Of a stretch of DNA of 64,000 nt, positions 54,436 to 64,000 are shown one piece after another; position 1 is the stretch's first letter, and the number at the start of each line of letters is the position of its first letter. Location: assembly GCA_033720015.1 (NCBI GenBank), contig JAWWDH010000001.1:38097-102096 (forward strand), in the 5' to 3' direction. This stretch comes from Pseudomonas sp. GTDB lineage: Bacteria; Pseudomonadota; Gammaproteobacteria; Pseudomonadales; Pseudomonadaceae. Below the pieces are notes generated by a model. The model did no database searches. It saw only the letters and a list, made by a program, of their open reading frames with translations, and had not been told where the DNA came from. The position numbers were made by a program, and so were the translations under genes.

Positions 54436-55020
54436 ATGCCATTCGTTCGCTCGCTCCTGCCAGTAGCGCTCGCTGCCGGCGTTGCTGTGCTAACCGGCTG
54501 CTCCAGTATGGACAAAGCCCCCGCCCAGCCGGAGTTGACCGGCACGCCCTTCGAAGTGAGCGCCTTCGCGCCTGACATGCGCGATCATCACACCAGCTGG
54601 GGCCACTCGGGCCGCGGCGGTGCTGCCCTGCGCAAACCGGCCTACCAGCCTGTCCTGGGTAGCCCAGATGCTCTGGAAACGCGATACGGCAAGCTCCACC
54701 CTGAGCTTCAGTACAAGGCTCAGGATGTCACCGCCTCCATCAGCGTGCCACCGTCCCTGGTAGCCAGCACTTGCCCGCAGGCCGCGGACGAGGCCAAGAC
54801 GCCAGTAACCGTCATGACCCCGGCTGAAACTGCCGAAAGCCACAGTATCTACACCCTCGCCAACAGCAAAGGCACCGTCAACGACTACATCCAGGTGCGC
54901 AACAAGCTCTGCAAGGGGGCCGAACGGCTCACCTACGAGGAATGGGAGATCCTCGTCATGGGCACTCCGAAGGATGTTCCGTTGCGCCTGCAACCCACCC
55001 TCTTGAACCAGGTCAGGTGA
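54436..55020 (+). CDS. Lipoprotein of unknown function
   Basis: Lipobox LTGC; GAGG RBS. Confidence 0.75.
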   Translation: MPFVRSLLPVALAAGVAVLTGCSSMDKAPAQPELTGTPFEVSAFAPDMRDHHTSWGHSGRGGAALRKPAYQPVLGSPDALETRYGKLHPELQYKAQDVTASISVPPSLVASTCPQAADEAKTPVTVMTPAETAESHSIYTLANSKGTVNDYIQVRNKLCKGAERLTYEEWEILVMGTPKDVPLRLQPTLLNQVR

Positions 55021-55025
55021 TCACC

Positions 55026-55826
55026 ATGCACGCGAATATATCCACTTGGGCCATTGCCACTGCTGCATCACTGACAGGTGCAGCCATTGCGATCGGCGTT
55101 TCCTACCACCTGACCCAGCAGGCCATTACCGCTCAGTTGCCCGCCGCGATTGCCAGCCATCTGGCGAACGAGGAAGAGGCCCGTATCGCCGCACGCAAGG
55201 AACAGATTCTGGCTCCGTGGGCTAATGCCGCCGCGCTCAACAAGCCTGGCAAGCACATCTACGGCGACCTCAATGCCGACTTCACTCTGGTCGAATTCAG
55301 TGACCTTGAATGCGGTTTCTGTAAACGCTTCCACGACACCCCCAAGCAACTGGTCGAACAGGCCGGCGGTAAGATCAACTGGGAGTGGCAGCACTACCCG
55401 CTGGCATTCCACAACCCTGCGGCCGACAAAGCAGCCCACGCTGCTGAGTGCATCGCGGAGGAAGCTGGCAACAAGGCCTTCTGGGCATTCACAGGCGAGT
55501 GGTTTGGCCGCAGCGCTATGAACGGCCAGGGCTACGATGACATCGAGCTGCTGGCTCGAGAAGTAGGGGTCAAGCCGGAAGCCTACCGGTCATGCATGGA
55601 TAGCGGTCGTTACAAGCAGCTGGTGAAAGAGCAAATGGACAAGGGCACCGCGCTGGGCGTGACTGGGACCCCTGCCACTGTGGTAGTCGACAACACCACC
55701 GGCCGGCAGATCCTGGTCAAAGGCGCTCAGCAGCCCCAGGCCTTGCTCCAGGCAATTGGCCAACTCATCGAGCAGCGCACCCAGCCAGCCATGAGCCCCA
55801 TCCAGGAGAAGCCGGTCGATGGCTAA
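55026..55826 (+). CDS. DsbA/thioredoxin-fold protein
   Basis: YGDLNADFTLVEFSDLECGFCKRFH; HYPL.FH; GVTGTPA. Confidence 0.88.
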   Translation: MHANISTWAIATAASLTGAAIAIGVSYHLTQQAITAQLPAAIASHLANEEEARIAARKEQILAPWANAAALNKPGKHIYGDLNADFTLVEFSDLECGFCKRFHDTPKQLVEQAGGKINWEWQHYPLAFHNPAADKAAHAAECIAEEAGNKAFWAFTGEWFGRSAMNGQGYDDIELLAREVGVKPEAYRSCMDSGRYKQLVKEQMDKGTALGVTGTPATVVVDNTTGRQILVKGAQQPQALLQAIGQLIEQRTQPAMSPIQEKPVDG

Positions 55827-56169
55827 GCACTCCCAATTCATGGGGTCGCTTTCATCTCTCTTAGCGTTTGCTGAGGATTCCCAGGGTCAGCTTGATGAAC
55901 ACCAGCCCTCGGACGCCTCTGCCTGCATGGGGGGCGCTCGCAATGTGGAGGCGATGGTCGAATCACGAGCGATATTTTTCGCCAAGCTTCGCAATGCCAA
56001 GAGCTGGACAGAGCTGCACAACCTTCTGGCAGGTCGGGGGTTTGACTTGATCGAGTCCAAGGGAGTTTTTTTCGCTGTGAACCGGGGAAGCGGTGCAATG
56101 TTCGAGCTGTCGGATTGCGGCCACAACGCCACGGTTTTCCTGGAGCGGCTTGGTGCTTACCATCACTAG
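55819..56169 (+). CDS. Hypothetical protein
   Basis: 116 aa; overlaps the upstream stop. Confidence 0.55.
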   Translation: MAKHSQFMGSLSSLLAFAEDSQGQLDEHQPSDASACMGGARNVEAMVESRAIFFAKLRNAKSWTELHNLLAGRGFDLIESKGVFFAVNRGSGAMFELSDCGHNATVFLERLGAYHH

Positions 56170-56191
56170 GCACATAACTGACAGAGCCTTT

Positions 56192-56217
56192 GCCCATCCA
56201 TATGATGGGCTTTTTTT
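56192..56217 (+). terminator. Intrinsic terminator
   Basis: GCCCATC-catat-GATGGGC followed by T7. Confidence 0.85.
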
Positions 56218-56385
56218 AGCCTTGGGTTTGTCTGCCCCAGAGGTGCAATAGACCTACCGTGAGGAGTTCTTCCAGCACATACAGAACGATATTTTCTCCT
56301 GACAACACATCTCCAGTCACTCGGCCTCGCTTGGGATTCGCGCCGAAGCCGGTAACCTATGCCAAACGAAACAAGGAGTTTCACC

Positions 56386-57222
56386 ATGAAGAACCATAGT
56401 GCGGCGATCCGCGCCGGCCTCCTGACAGCAGCTGTTGCCCTCTTGGTCGGGTGCTCTTCCGCGCCAATGGCTACCACCGTGCAACTGCCTGATCCGAAGG
56501 ATGTACCGAAGGAAAAATGGTCTGATGCCATGCATGTCCTTACCGCCATGAACATCAGTGGTCAGCGTGATGTTCCGCGCGAGCTGGTTGCATCCGGCCC
56601 GATCACCGCAAGCCCGAGTGCAGGCGGCTCGGCTGTGGCCGATGTCGCTGTTGCAGCAGGCGGCTATACGTCGCCTCCATCTGGCGTCAGCAGCAATGCA
56701 GCTCTTGGCCTAGGGGTTGGTCTCTTCCTCCTCGGTGGATCGAGCGACCCAGCTCACACCTACCAGACGGCGGCTTGGGTACCCACCACTCTGGCAAACT
56801 CGCCCGAGGAAGCTTCTGCCTTGGTGCTGAAGCTCGTTGAGGAGGCGCGGGTCAAAGCTTTTCCTCAAACCCGCTCCAAGCTCAAACCCCTGGTGGGTAA
56901 GTACCCATCCGGTCATGGGAAGGCCTACGATAGTCCCGCTGCTTTCGTGAAGGAAACTCCCGTGCAGTTTGCCGACAGCGCCACGATGCCCCCGAGTTTT
57001 ATAAGTGCCACCGAGGCATACGGGCCGATCTTCATTCTCAACGCGCAATACACGGTTGACGGAATGAAAAACGACATAACGACCCTAGAAGCGATGACTC
57101 AAATGTCCAAAATCCTGCCTGAATGGTTCTATATGTATCACCCAGGTCAGAAGCTCCGTAAGAACTCGGTCCCCGCTACCATCATCAATAAGGGTCAAGC
57201 TCTTTACTTCATCGGGAAGTAG
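56386..57222 (+). CDS. Lipoprotein of unknown function
   Basis: AAGGAG RBS; lipobox LVGC. Confidence 0.75.
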   Translation: MKNHSAAIRAGLLTAAVALLVGCSSAPMATTVQLPDPKDVPKEKWSDAMHVLTAMNISGQRDVPRELVASGPITASPSAGGSAVADVAVAAGGYTSPPSGVSSNAALGLGVGLFLLGGSSDPAHTYQTAAWVPTTLANSPEEASALVLKLVEEARVKAFPQTRSKLKPLVGKYPSGHGKAYDSPAAFVKETPVQFADSATMPPSFISATEAYGPIFILNAQYTVDGMKNDITTLEAMTQMSKILPEWFYMYHPGQKLRKNSVPATIINKGQALYFIGK

Positions 57223-57515
57223 AGACTCAAGGCGTAGGTTTTCAACAAACATTGAAATTTTTTCACTAAATGTTGAAACGGCGCACCGTCTCGGTGCGCC
57301 GCCGCTGCCTGGGGAGACAGCGGCGCCAGCCAACCAAGGCTGGCTCACGGTAAAGGGCAAGACCATTGGCCCCCACGGGAAATGAGGACATCAGAGAGTA
57401 AACAACGGGACCGGCGAGCAATGCTCGCTGCCCTTTTCACTAGCAGGGCAGTTCCGCTTTGGGGAAAGCTGCCGTAACCCTCCCCTTGGAGCTAACCACC
57501 TAAGTTTGATTCCGT

Positions 57516-58739
57516 TTGGCCATTGCTAGCCAAGAACATCGATGTACCAGGGGGTACGCCGAGTTGGACGAACAAGGAAAGCTCAAACCCGTGAATGGGC
57601 GCTACAACACCAACGACGAAACGAAACGAATCGTCTGGACTCAGGCTGCCGGCCACTGCGAGCTATGCGGCACCGATCTCACGTTCGACTATCGCGCAGG
57701 CAAGCCGATGAGGTGGGGTGAGGTTGCCCACATCCTACCGGCCAGCCCTCAAGGCCCGCGAGGGCGTAAGGCTCATGACGAAGCAAAGGCGCAGGGTCTC
57801 ACGAACGACTGCGCCAACCTCATGCTCTTGTGTCCGGGCTGCCACGACAAGATTGATCGTGACGCGGATGGCTACCCGGAAAATGACTTGAGTGGCCTGC
57901 ACCAGGCCTACCTCGAACGCATCCGCCTCGCGGCTACAACGCCCGATGGCGGCCGGGCAATTCCCGTAATCGTTCAGAGCCAGCACTTCGCGACGAGCAA
58001 TGACATTTCCGTTCGCGATCTGCTGACTGCAATGTCTTCCGAGGGGCTAACGGCCTTCGACCATCCCATCAAGATCACCTTCCCGCCTCCCGGACCTCGT
58101 GGCAGGGATGCGTTCTATTGGCAGAAAATCAAGGACGACATCCAGCACGACCTGGAGCAGCAACTGAAACGCCGTGGGGGTACTTATGGCGACGCGCCTG
58201 CGCTGGCTGTCGTGGGTGTGGCTGATATTCCAGCGCTAATGCTATTGGGACAGGCTATAGGCGACCGCTCTAAACGCCTGCTCTTTTCCTTCAATCGCGA
58301 GCATCAACTACGTTGGCCTAATCAGTCAGCTGAGCCGCCGGAGTTTTTGTTCACCCCCCGGGCGGTTGGGGATGGCCCGCTTGCACTGGTACTGTCTATC
58401 TCCGCTCAGGTCCCGCTTCGCGACGTCGAGGAGGCACTACCTGGCGCACGTATCGCAGAGCTAAGCATCCCAGAACCCAGTTACGCGATGGTTCAGAACC
58501 GTCGCGTGATTCACGCTTTTCGCGACGCCCTACAAATGCACTTGAGCCGACTTGAGGCCGCGACGGCGGACACAATTCATGTGTTCGCGGCGATTCCAGC
58601 TGCTTTGGCGATTGAGTTCGGTGCCTTGCTTACCACGCAACACCAGCATCCTTACCTGATTTTCGATCGAGATAAAGACAACCAAAACAGGTTCACGCCA
58701 ACACTACAGTTGGGCCTTCAGGCCCAGGAGGTCCGTTGA
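57516..58739 (+). CDS. cap5: CBASS effector, HNH endonuclease-SAVED (Cap5-type)
   Basis: AAGHCELCG; GEVAHI; NLMLLCPGCHDKID; SAVED-like HVFAAIPAALAIEFG; start may be further downstream. Confidence 0.9.
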   Translation: MAIASQEHRCTRGYAELDEQGKLKPVNGRYNTNDETKRIVWTQAAGHCELCGTDLTFDYRAGKPMRWGEVAHILPASPQGPRGRKAHDEAKAQGLTNDCANLMLLCPGCHDKIDRDADGYPENDLSGLHQAYLERIRLAATTPDGGRAIPVIVQSQHFATSNDISVRDLLTAMSSEGLTAFDHPIKITFPPPGPRGRDAFYWQKIKDDIQHDLEQQLKRRGGTYGDAPALAVVGVADIPALMLLGQAIGDRSKRLLFSFNREHQLRWPNQSAEPPEFLFTPRAVGDGPLALVLSISAQVPLRDVEEALPGARIAELSIPEPSYAMVQNRRVIHAFRDALQMHLSRLEAATADTIHVFAAIPAALAIEFGALLTTQHQHPYLIFDRDKDNQNRFTPTLQLGLQAQEVR

Positions 58740-59992
58740 TGTCCATGAGCAATGAACAGACCAAGCGAGGGAGTTGGGAACACTTTCTGCTCCGCGCAGC
58801 AAGGGAGATCTCACTGTCGGAAGCGCAGTACGAGAAGATCAACGATCGATACTCCCAGTTGGAGAAGATCCTTTCTGCATCCGACAATCCGCTACTGGCG
58901 GAGGCGCATATTTTTGTTCAGGGCTCCATGCGCCTGAAAACGACGATCAAACCCGTTTCTGGCGCTCCCGAAGATTTGGACACCATCGATGCGGACGCCA
59001 TCATTTGGCTTCCACATGCCCAGGGGGCGGGAGCTCAAGAAGTCCTGGATGCTATCGAGGAGCGATTCAGGGCTGGTAGCCGTGTACAGGAGGAAATCAA
59101 GCCGCTGCGTCGCGGCATTCGGATCGTCTATGCCGACGAAAACCCCGGATTCCATATCGATGTCACGCCAGCGCGTGCCATCAATGGGAACTCTCAAGGC
59201 AATGGCGAAGGTAAGCTGGAAGTTCCAGACCGGGAGACAGGATGGAAGGCGAGCAGCCCCATCCCCTACTCCAATTGGCTGCAGGTCGCTTCAACCCAGA
59301 CGATTTCCTTGGAGGAGCATCTAGCTGTCGCGAAAAGTCAGCGCACCGTTGATGCCGCCACTCAGGATCCGTTGCCTCAGTATGAGGAGTACCTCGATCA
59401 AGACCCACTTCGGGCAACGATCAAGCTGCTGAAGCGGCATCGTGATGAGTGGGCCATCAGAACGAAGAATGAGGACTGCCGACCTATTTCGGCAGTCATC
59501 ACAACACTCGCCACTCACGCCTACCTTGACGTGGCGAAAGAGTCTCAGTCGAAACCGCTAAGGCCGCTGGATGCGATCCTCGAGATCGTCCGGAGGATGC
59601 CGGATCACGTCAAACACCGGGGGAACGAATGCTTGGTCTGCAACCCAGCAGACAGCGGTGAAAACTTCGCTGAGAAATGGAATAGACCGAGTGAGGGGCA
59701 TCGCTACCGCCGGGCTTTCCAAGACTGGCACTCGAATGCCAGTGCATCTGTGTCATTGGGGCTTGAGAGCTTCGATTCCGCGGAGGCTTTTGCCAAGGCA
59801 GTTAAGGAAAACTTTGGCATGAGCCCAGCGTTCATCTCGGCAGTGAACAGCGAAATTCCGTCCAACTGGACGATGCCTGGCCGCTCGGACGGAACCACCC
59901 GAAACTCTACGTCAATGGGCGCACTGTTTGGAGGTGTCAGTGGGACAGCGAGTTCTCAGGAGGACGTGAAGCCGGTTGAGCGTCTTGGTTGA
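58736..59992 (+). CDS. CBASS CD-NTase (SMODS nucleotidyltransferase)
   Basis: QGSMRLKTTIKP; DTIDAD; FHIDVTPA; IKLLKRHRD; ENFAEKW. Confidence 0.93.
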   Translation: MMSMSNEQTKRGSWEHFLLRAAREISLSEAQYEKINDRYSQLEKILSASDNPLLAEAHIFVQGSMRLKTTIKPVSGAPEDLDTIDADAIIWLPHAQGAGAQEVLDAIEERFRAGSRVQEEIKPLRRGIRIVYADENPGFHIDVTPARAINGNSQGNGEGKLEVPDRETGWKASSPIPYSNWLQVASTQTISLEEHLAVAKSQRTVDAATQDPLPQYEEYLDQDPLRATIKLLKRHRDEWAIRTKNEDCRPISAVITTLATHAYLDVAKESQSKPLRPLDAILEIVRRMPDHVKHRGNECLVCNPADSGENFAEKWNRPSEGHRYRRAFQDWHSNASASVSLGLESFDSAEAFAKAVKENFGMSPAFISAVNSEIPSNWTMPGRSDGTTRNSTSMGALFGGVSGTASSQEDVKPVERLG

Positions 59993-61760
59993 TCAGGCAA
60001 ACACGCTTCTGCAGCGGGGCATAGCCGCGCTGCGAGGCGCTCTCGGTGAAGACGCTGCACTTGCACTTCTTCAGCCTGCCCCCACGCGGGCTGACGAAGC
60101 TTCGAGCTACTATTTTCCTCTGCCAGTTGACTACACGGGGACAGAGCGGCGGCTGCGCATCAGCTTTCCGACGAATTTTCCCCGCGCAGGCTTAAGGCTC
60201 ATTGTCGAGCCCTCGCCGTGGCTTATATGGCCCCACGCCATGGAAGTTGGGCTGTGCCTGCATGGCTTTCAGGAACGCCCGGTGATGGGCTCTCCTGAGT
60301 CTGTCGTGGCAGATAGCTTGTCTCGATTAGGCAAGATCGTGAACTTGTCCAAGATGGGATCATGCGCGGCTGTTCGGGATGCCGAATTTCAACGCGAAAT
60401 CACGTCCTACTGGTCCAGGCAGCACGGCCTATCGCTACAGAACCTCATCCTTCTGGATCGCCCTCAGGCGGCCTCAAGGCTATTTGCCTTAAGTGATCCT
60501 CGCCAAGCTTTGCCGTCTGGCCAAGAAACAGTCTGGTTAGCGACAGATGTGTCATCACTAAAAAGGCACTGCACACGAACGATTGGCCGATCCCCGATCA
60601 TGCGTGCGCCGGAGGCACCTGGCTTCTATGCAAAGCTTCAAAGCTATCCAGATCTACGCATTCCAGCCCCTGAACTATTGCTCGCATGGCTCGCTCCTCA
60701 TCTTGATCCCGATGATTGCGCGCAGCTGTTGGCTTGGTTCAATGAGCGAGGTTCGCTAACTAACCGCTGGATCGCCTTGAAGCTTCCTGGAGACGCCAGT
60801 ACCCCGATCTACTGTCTCAACGTGCGCACCCACGGCCCTCAGCTGGATCGCGGGTCAAAGTTTTATTTGCGATCAGCGCGACGCCGGCCAGCAGTTGCGG
60901 TCACTTATCCCCCTGTTCTCATCCGCGCAACGACACTGGACGTGCTGGATCGGACCGAGATTTTATCCCGCGACCTCAGCGGTGTGGCCCAGAGCCTGGA
61001 AAGTGCTCGCGTAGTTTGTGTCGGGGTGGGCTCGCTGGGTAGTACGGTTGCCCTGCAGTTGGCACGCTCGGGGGTTGGGCATCTGACACTCATTGATCAC
61101 GACCAACTGGTGTCGGCGAATCTTGGCAGGCATGTTCTCGGGGCAGATGACTTAGGGCGGGCAAAGGCCGAAGCGCTCCACGAGCGAATCCGCAAAGACT
61201 TACCCACCACAGAGGTCGCTGCATTCTCAACCTTCGCTGAAGTGGTGATGTACAAGAATCCCAAGGTATTTGAACAAGCGGATTTGGTGGTGGTCACCAC
61301 TGCTGATTGGCCATCGGAGGTGGCTCTCTGGAGATCCAAGTCGAATGGCACCTCATGGTGCCTACTCCAGGCCTGGAGTGAGCCACATACGCAGGTGGGA
61401 CACGTGCTGCTTGCCCCATCTGGTGCATTCGATGCCCGAGACATGTTCATGGAGAACGGTGATTTTAGGCATAAGTTCACCGAATGGCCGGGAGGCGGCG
61501 TCATCGCCCTTCCCGCCTGCGGAGAGAGTTTCATCCCAGGAGGTTCTCTGGGGATGGTGAATATTGCTTCTATGGTTTCTCAAGCTGCGTTACGGGCATT
61601 GAGTGGTGACATCGAAAGTCCGGTCTGGGTCAGCAGCATCAACAGACCCCACGATGTGGCGACTCTGGGAGGGAAGTACCTTGGGCCTGAGTTACCTGCT
61701 GGAATGCAGCAGGCCCAGTTGGAGCGAAGTTGGCCGGCGCAAATGGAGAAAGCTCAATGA
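59976..61760 (+). CDS. cap2: CBASS Cap2 (E2-E1/ThiF fusion)
   Basis: N-terminal E2-like PHA...LCL; ThiF VGVGSLGS..ALQLARSGVG.LTLIDHD..NLGRH. Confidence 0.92.
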   Translation: MSVLVDQANTLLQRGIAALRGALGEDAALALLQPAPTRADEASSYYFPLPVDYTGTERRLRISFPTNFPRAGLRLIVEPSPWLIWPHAMEVGLCLHGFQERPVMGSPESVVADSLSRLGKIVNLSKMGSCAAVRDAEFQREITSYWSRQHGLSLQNLILLDRPQAASRLFALSDPRQALPSGQETVWLATDVSSLKRHCTRTIGRSPIMRAPEAPGFYAKLQSYPDLRIPAPELLLAWLAPHLDPDDCAQLLAWFNERGSLTNRWIALKLPGDASTPIYCLNVRTHGPQLDRGSKFYLRSARRRPAVAVTYPPVLIRATTLDVLDRTEILSRDLSGVAQSLESARVVCVGVGSLGSTVALQLARSGVGHLTLIDHDQLVSANLGRHVLGADDLGRAKAEALHERIRKDLPTTEVAAFSTFAEVVMYKNPKVFEQADLVVVTTADWPSEVALWRSKSNGTSWCLLQAWSEPHTQVGHVLLAPSGAFDARDMFMENGDFRHKFTEWPGGGVIALPACGESFIPGGSLGMVNIASMVSQAALRALSGDIESPVWVSSINRPHDVATLGGKYLGPELPAGMQQAQLERSWPAQMEKAQ

Positions 61761-62248
61761 CGGCAATTGCCTGGCGATGGGGCTGGCCTGGGGTGGACAC
61801 TCATCTGTTGGTATCGCAGGACGTCGCGAGCCTGCTAGAGCGCTATCGCCAACGGAAGTTTGATGTGGAGCGTGGGGGACAGCTATTTGTAGACCCTTCT
61901 AGCTCAACCGGATTGGTGCTTGCCTTGGCCACGCCCCCTCATGGAGACGATCGGGCTGGAAGGACTTGGCTGGAATTGAATGCCCGCCGCTGCCGGGATG
62001 AGATAGAGCGTGCCAACGCTGAAGGGCTCCGCCTGGTGGGTTACTGGCATACACATCCGCAAAGCATTCCCATGATCTCCCCGACCGATATCGGGAGTTT
62101 TTCCAGGTTTGCTGCGCGCTACACACGGGATCTGCCACATCCAATGGCAATCATCGTGGGCAACGCCAACAGCCCTGAAGGCATAAAGGCTTGGTCTTTC
62201 AGGGAGGGGCGCTATGTTGAAGCTGTCAGGGATAACAGGCCAGATTAG
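61757..62248 (+). CDS. cap3: CBASS Cap3 (JAB/MPN+ isopeptidase)
   Basis: ERGGQL; GYWHTHPQ..P..SPTD; ATGA overlap with cap2. Confidence 0.92.
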   Translation: MTAIAWRWGWPGVDTHLLVSQDVASLLERYRQRKFDVERGGQLFVDPSSSTGLVLALATPPHGDDRAGRTWLELNARRCRDEIERANAEGLRLVGYWHTHPQSIPMISPTDIGSFSRFAARYTRDLPHPMAIIVGNANSPEGIKAWSFREGRYVEAVRDNRPD

Positions 62249-62793
62249 CGATTGCGCCCTTCTGCCAGCATTAGCGCGAATAGCTCTGCCTGAAATCGTG
62301 CGTCGTCTAATGCGTTATGGTTCGGTGAGCTTTGGGGCTTGAGCCGAGCTGTCATTAGGGAGGATTTAGTTTCCTTCCAGCGGCAGCCCGTAGCCCCCAT
62401 GTAATACGCCTTTATGTCGACTGCAGTGAACCCAAAGGGGTTTGCCCCAACATACTTGTGGAAGTAGTAGTTGATGAATGACCAGTCGAATGGAGCATTA
62501 AGGCCTACGAAAATGGCTTTCTGCCCTGCTGGGCATGCCTGGGTTAGCCATTGCTCAAGTTTGAGCATCGCTACCTGCGGACTAAGCCCCTCGCTTTCCA
62601 GCCTTTTCAGATCAAAGCCTGTCACGGCCACTGCCTCTGGATCATGCTTTGAACCATCAGGCTGAAGCTCGAGATAAATAGAATTGGCAGGTTCTGCAAC
62701 AAGACAGGCCCCGATTGAAAGCAAGCTATAAATACCCGGCACCGGCCCGGAAGTTTCGACGTCGACGGAGACATAAAGCTCATCACTGGTCAT
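62245..62793 (-). CDS. DEDDh 3'-5' exonuclease (DnaQ-like)
   Basis: SVDVETSG (ExoI); NAPFDWSF (ExoII); HNALDDA (ExoIII). Confidence 0.9.
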   Translation of the reverse strand: MTSDELYVSVDVETSGPVPGIYSLLSIGACLVAEPANSIYLELQPDGSKHDPEAVAVTGFDLKRLESEGLSPQVAMLKLEQWLTQACPAGQKAIFVGLNAPFDWSFINYYFHKYVGANPFGFTAVDIKAYYMGATGCRWKETKSSLMTARLKPQSSPNHNALDDARFQAELFALMLAEGRNR

Positions 62794-63438
62794 GCCATTT
62801 CCTTATAGTCAAAGCTCGTTGGCGCACGGTGCTAGCTGTCCGCGCTAGAGCGCCCCGCCCCTCGAGCAGAACGGGCCAGTACTTACGGATACATTAACAA
62901 AATACATGCTCCACCGCCTCAGCAAGGGCAACGATGCTCGCGCTTAGTTGTGTCTCGGACAGCAACTCGATGCAATGCGGCGATGTGTTCGCCGATAAAC
63001 TCAACCTTAGCTGCGGCACTGATCAGCCGGTTTGTCAGATGAACCAGGCTTTCTCGGCACCTTTTGCTTTGCCTGCCGCTTTGCCTGCCGCTCAGCTCGC
63101 CTTTCTGCTTTATCCACCAAGAACTGTTCCTCCTTTCGTTCCGCAGCAGCAACTGATGCAATGGAAACATCGAGAACGACAACTGTGGTCAGGTGCCGAA
63201 GCTGGTCGGGAAGCCGGCCCACCAGTTGCTCCTGGAGTTCACCAGGAGTTTTCGGCGTAGGAATACCAACGGGGGCCGTCTGTTGCCGCCGATGCGCTTT
63301 TGACCCACGTACCGGAGTTTCATTGACCCTGTTTCGAACGCCGAACTCGTTGCTGCATTTCGCTTTTCAGACTGCTGGGGTGGGTCAACTTAGCGTCGGC
63401 ACCCGGGTTAATAAGGCGTCGGCAGCGACCGCCCCTCC

Positions 63439-64000
63439 CTAACAGGGATGACATGCTCCCTCGGAAGCTAAAGCCTGTGTCAGCAGCATCTCACCCATGG
63501 CCTGCGCCGCGCTGGACAGCTGATAGCCGGCCAGGTGCAGCAGTCCGACGCGGCGCTCCACCTGAGGCTCGCTCAGGGGTAGGCAGCGCGCGCCCAGTTC
63601 CTCCATCTGCCGTAGGCATAGACTGGGCACCGCGCTTACCCCCAAACCCTCGGCGACCATGCGCCCCACAGTTGCCAGTTGATGACTCTCGAATGCCACC
63701 GGCAGTTTGCCGTAGCGTGCGGCGATGCTCTCCTCCAGCAATAGGCGCACAGCCGAAGGACGTTGCAAGGCGATAAAAGGTTCGGTCAGCAGATCCGCCC
63801 AGCTCAGCGCGTCCTTGCCGGCCAGCGCGCCAATGGCGGGCACCACGGCGACGAAGCGATCGTTGTACAGCGGGGTGAACTGAAGGCCGTCAAGCGCCGC
63901 CGGCTCGAAGGCCACGCCCAGTTCGACGCGGCGGTCGCGCACCATCTCCACCACCTGCTCATTGATCACGTCATGCACCGCCACGTTGACCCGTGGGTAG
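63439..64000 (-). CDS. LysR-family regulator, C-terminal substrate-binding domain (partial)
   Basis: YPRVNVAVHD; RRVELGV; VAEGLGVSAVP; starts outside the window. Confidence 0.9.
   Translation of the reverse strand, partial: YPRVNVAVHDVINEQVVEMVRDRRVELGVAFEPAALDGLQFTPLYNDRFVAVVPAIGALAGKDALSWADLLTEPFIALQRPSAVRLLLEESIAARYGKLPVAFESHQLATVGRMVAEGLGVSAVPSLCLRQMEELGARCLPLSEPQVERRVGLLHLAGYQLSSAAQAMGEMLLTQALASEGACHPC

Noticed and set aside
62919-63442. Short ORFs between the exonuclease and LysR genes as real genes or an integrase remnant
   Set aside because: No recognisable motif and no RBS in any frame.
1-64000. tRNA, rRNA, integrase, RepA or autonomous transposase genes
   Set aside because: None recognised; absence from this window does not exclude them elsewhere on the replicon.

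Overview
The window is mostly the backbone of a large conjugative element with an F-type T4SS and MOBH relaxase, organised like IncA/C plasmids and SXT/R391 ICEs. GC content and gene style suggest a Pseudomonas-like host (inference). It contains mobI/oriT-parMR-SLT-flhDC-like activator, traFHG, traU-traW-trhF-traC-dsbC, traA, a 1978-aa Ig-repeat surface protein, traV-B-K-E-L, traJ-traD-traI and an ssb-bet...exo module. No integrase, RepA, traN, tRNA or CRISPR array was recognised. Defence-type cargo sits at both ends: a partial STAND/NACHT NTPase missed by the ORF track (left edge) and a complete type II CBASS with a convergent DEDDh exonuclease (right). The most notable observations read from the sequence are: (1) a 2.2-kb transposase-less Tn3-family cassette (38-bp IRs, AAATA duplication) carrying one 597-aa gene with a HEPN-like RxxxxH motif, inserted next to the traA promoter; (2) a 19-bp palindromic box at fixed spacing upstream of eight transfer-related genes, defining a probable regulon; (3) an apparently fused FlhD-FlhC-like activator co-transcribed with the partition genes; (4) traN replaced by a NERD gene while a giant adhesin with a low-GC tip is present; (5) a two-tier 12-bp/127-bp repeat array and a family of hairpin-RBS modules; (6) element-encoded exonuclease VII. 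All family assignments come from motif recognition by eye, not database searches.
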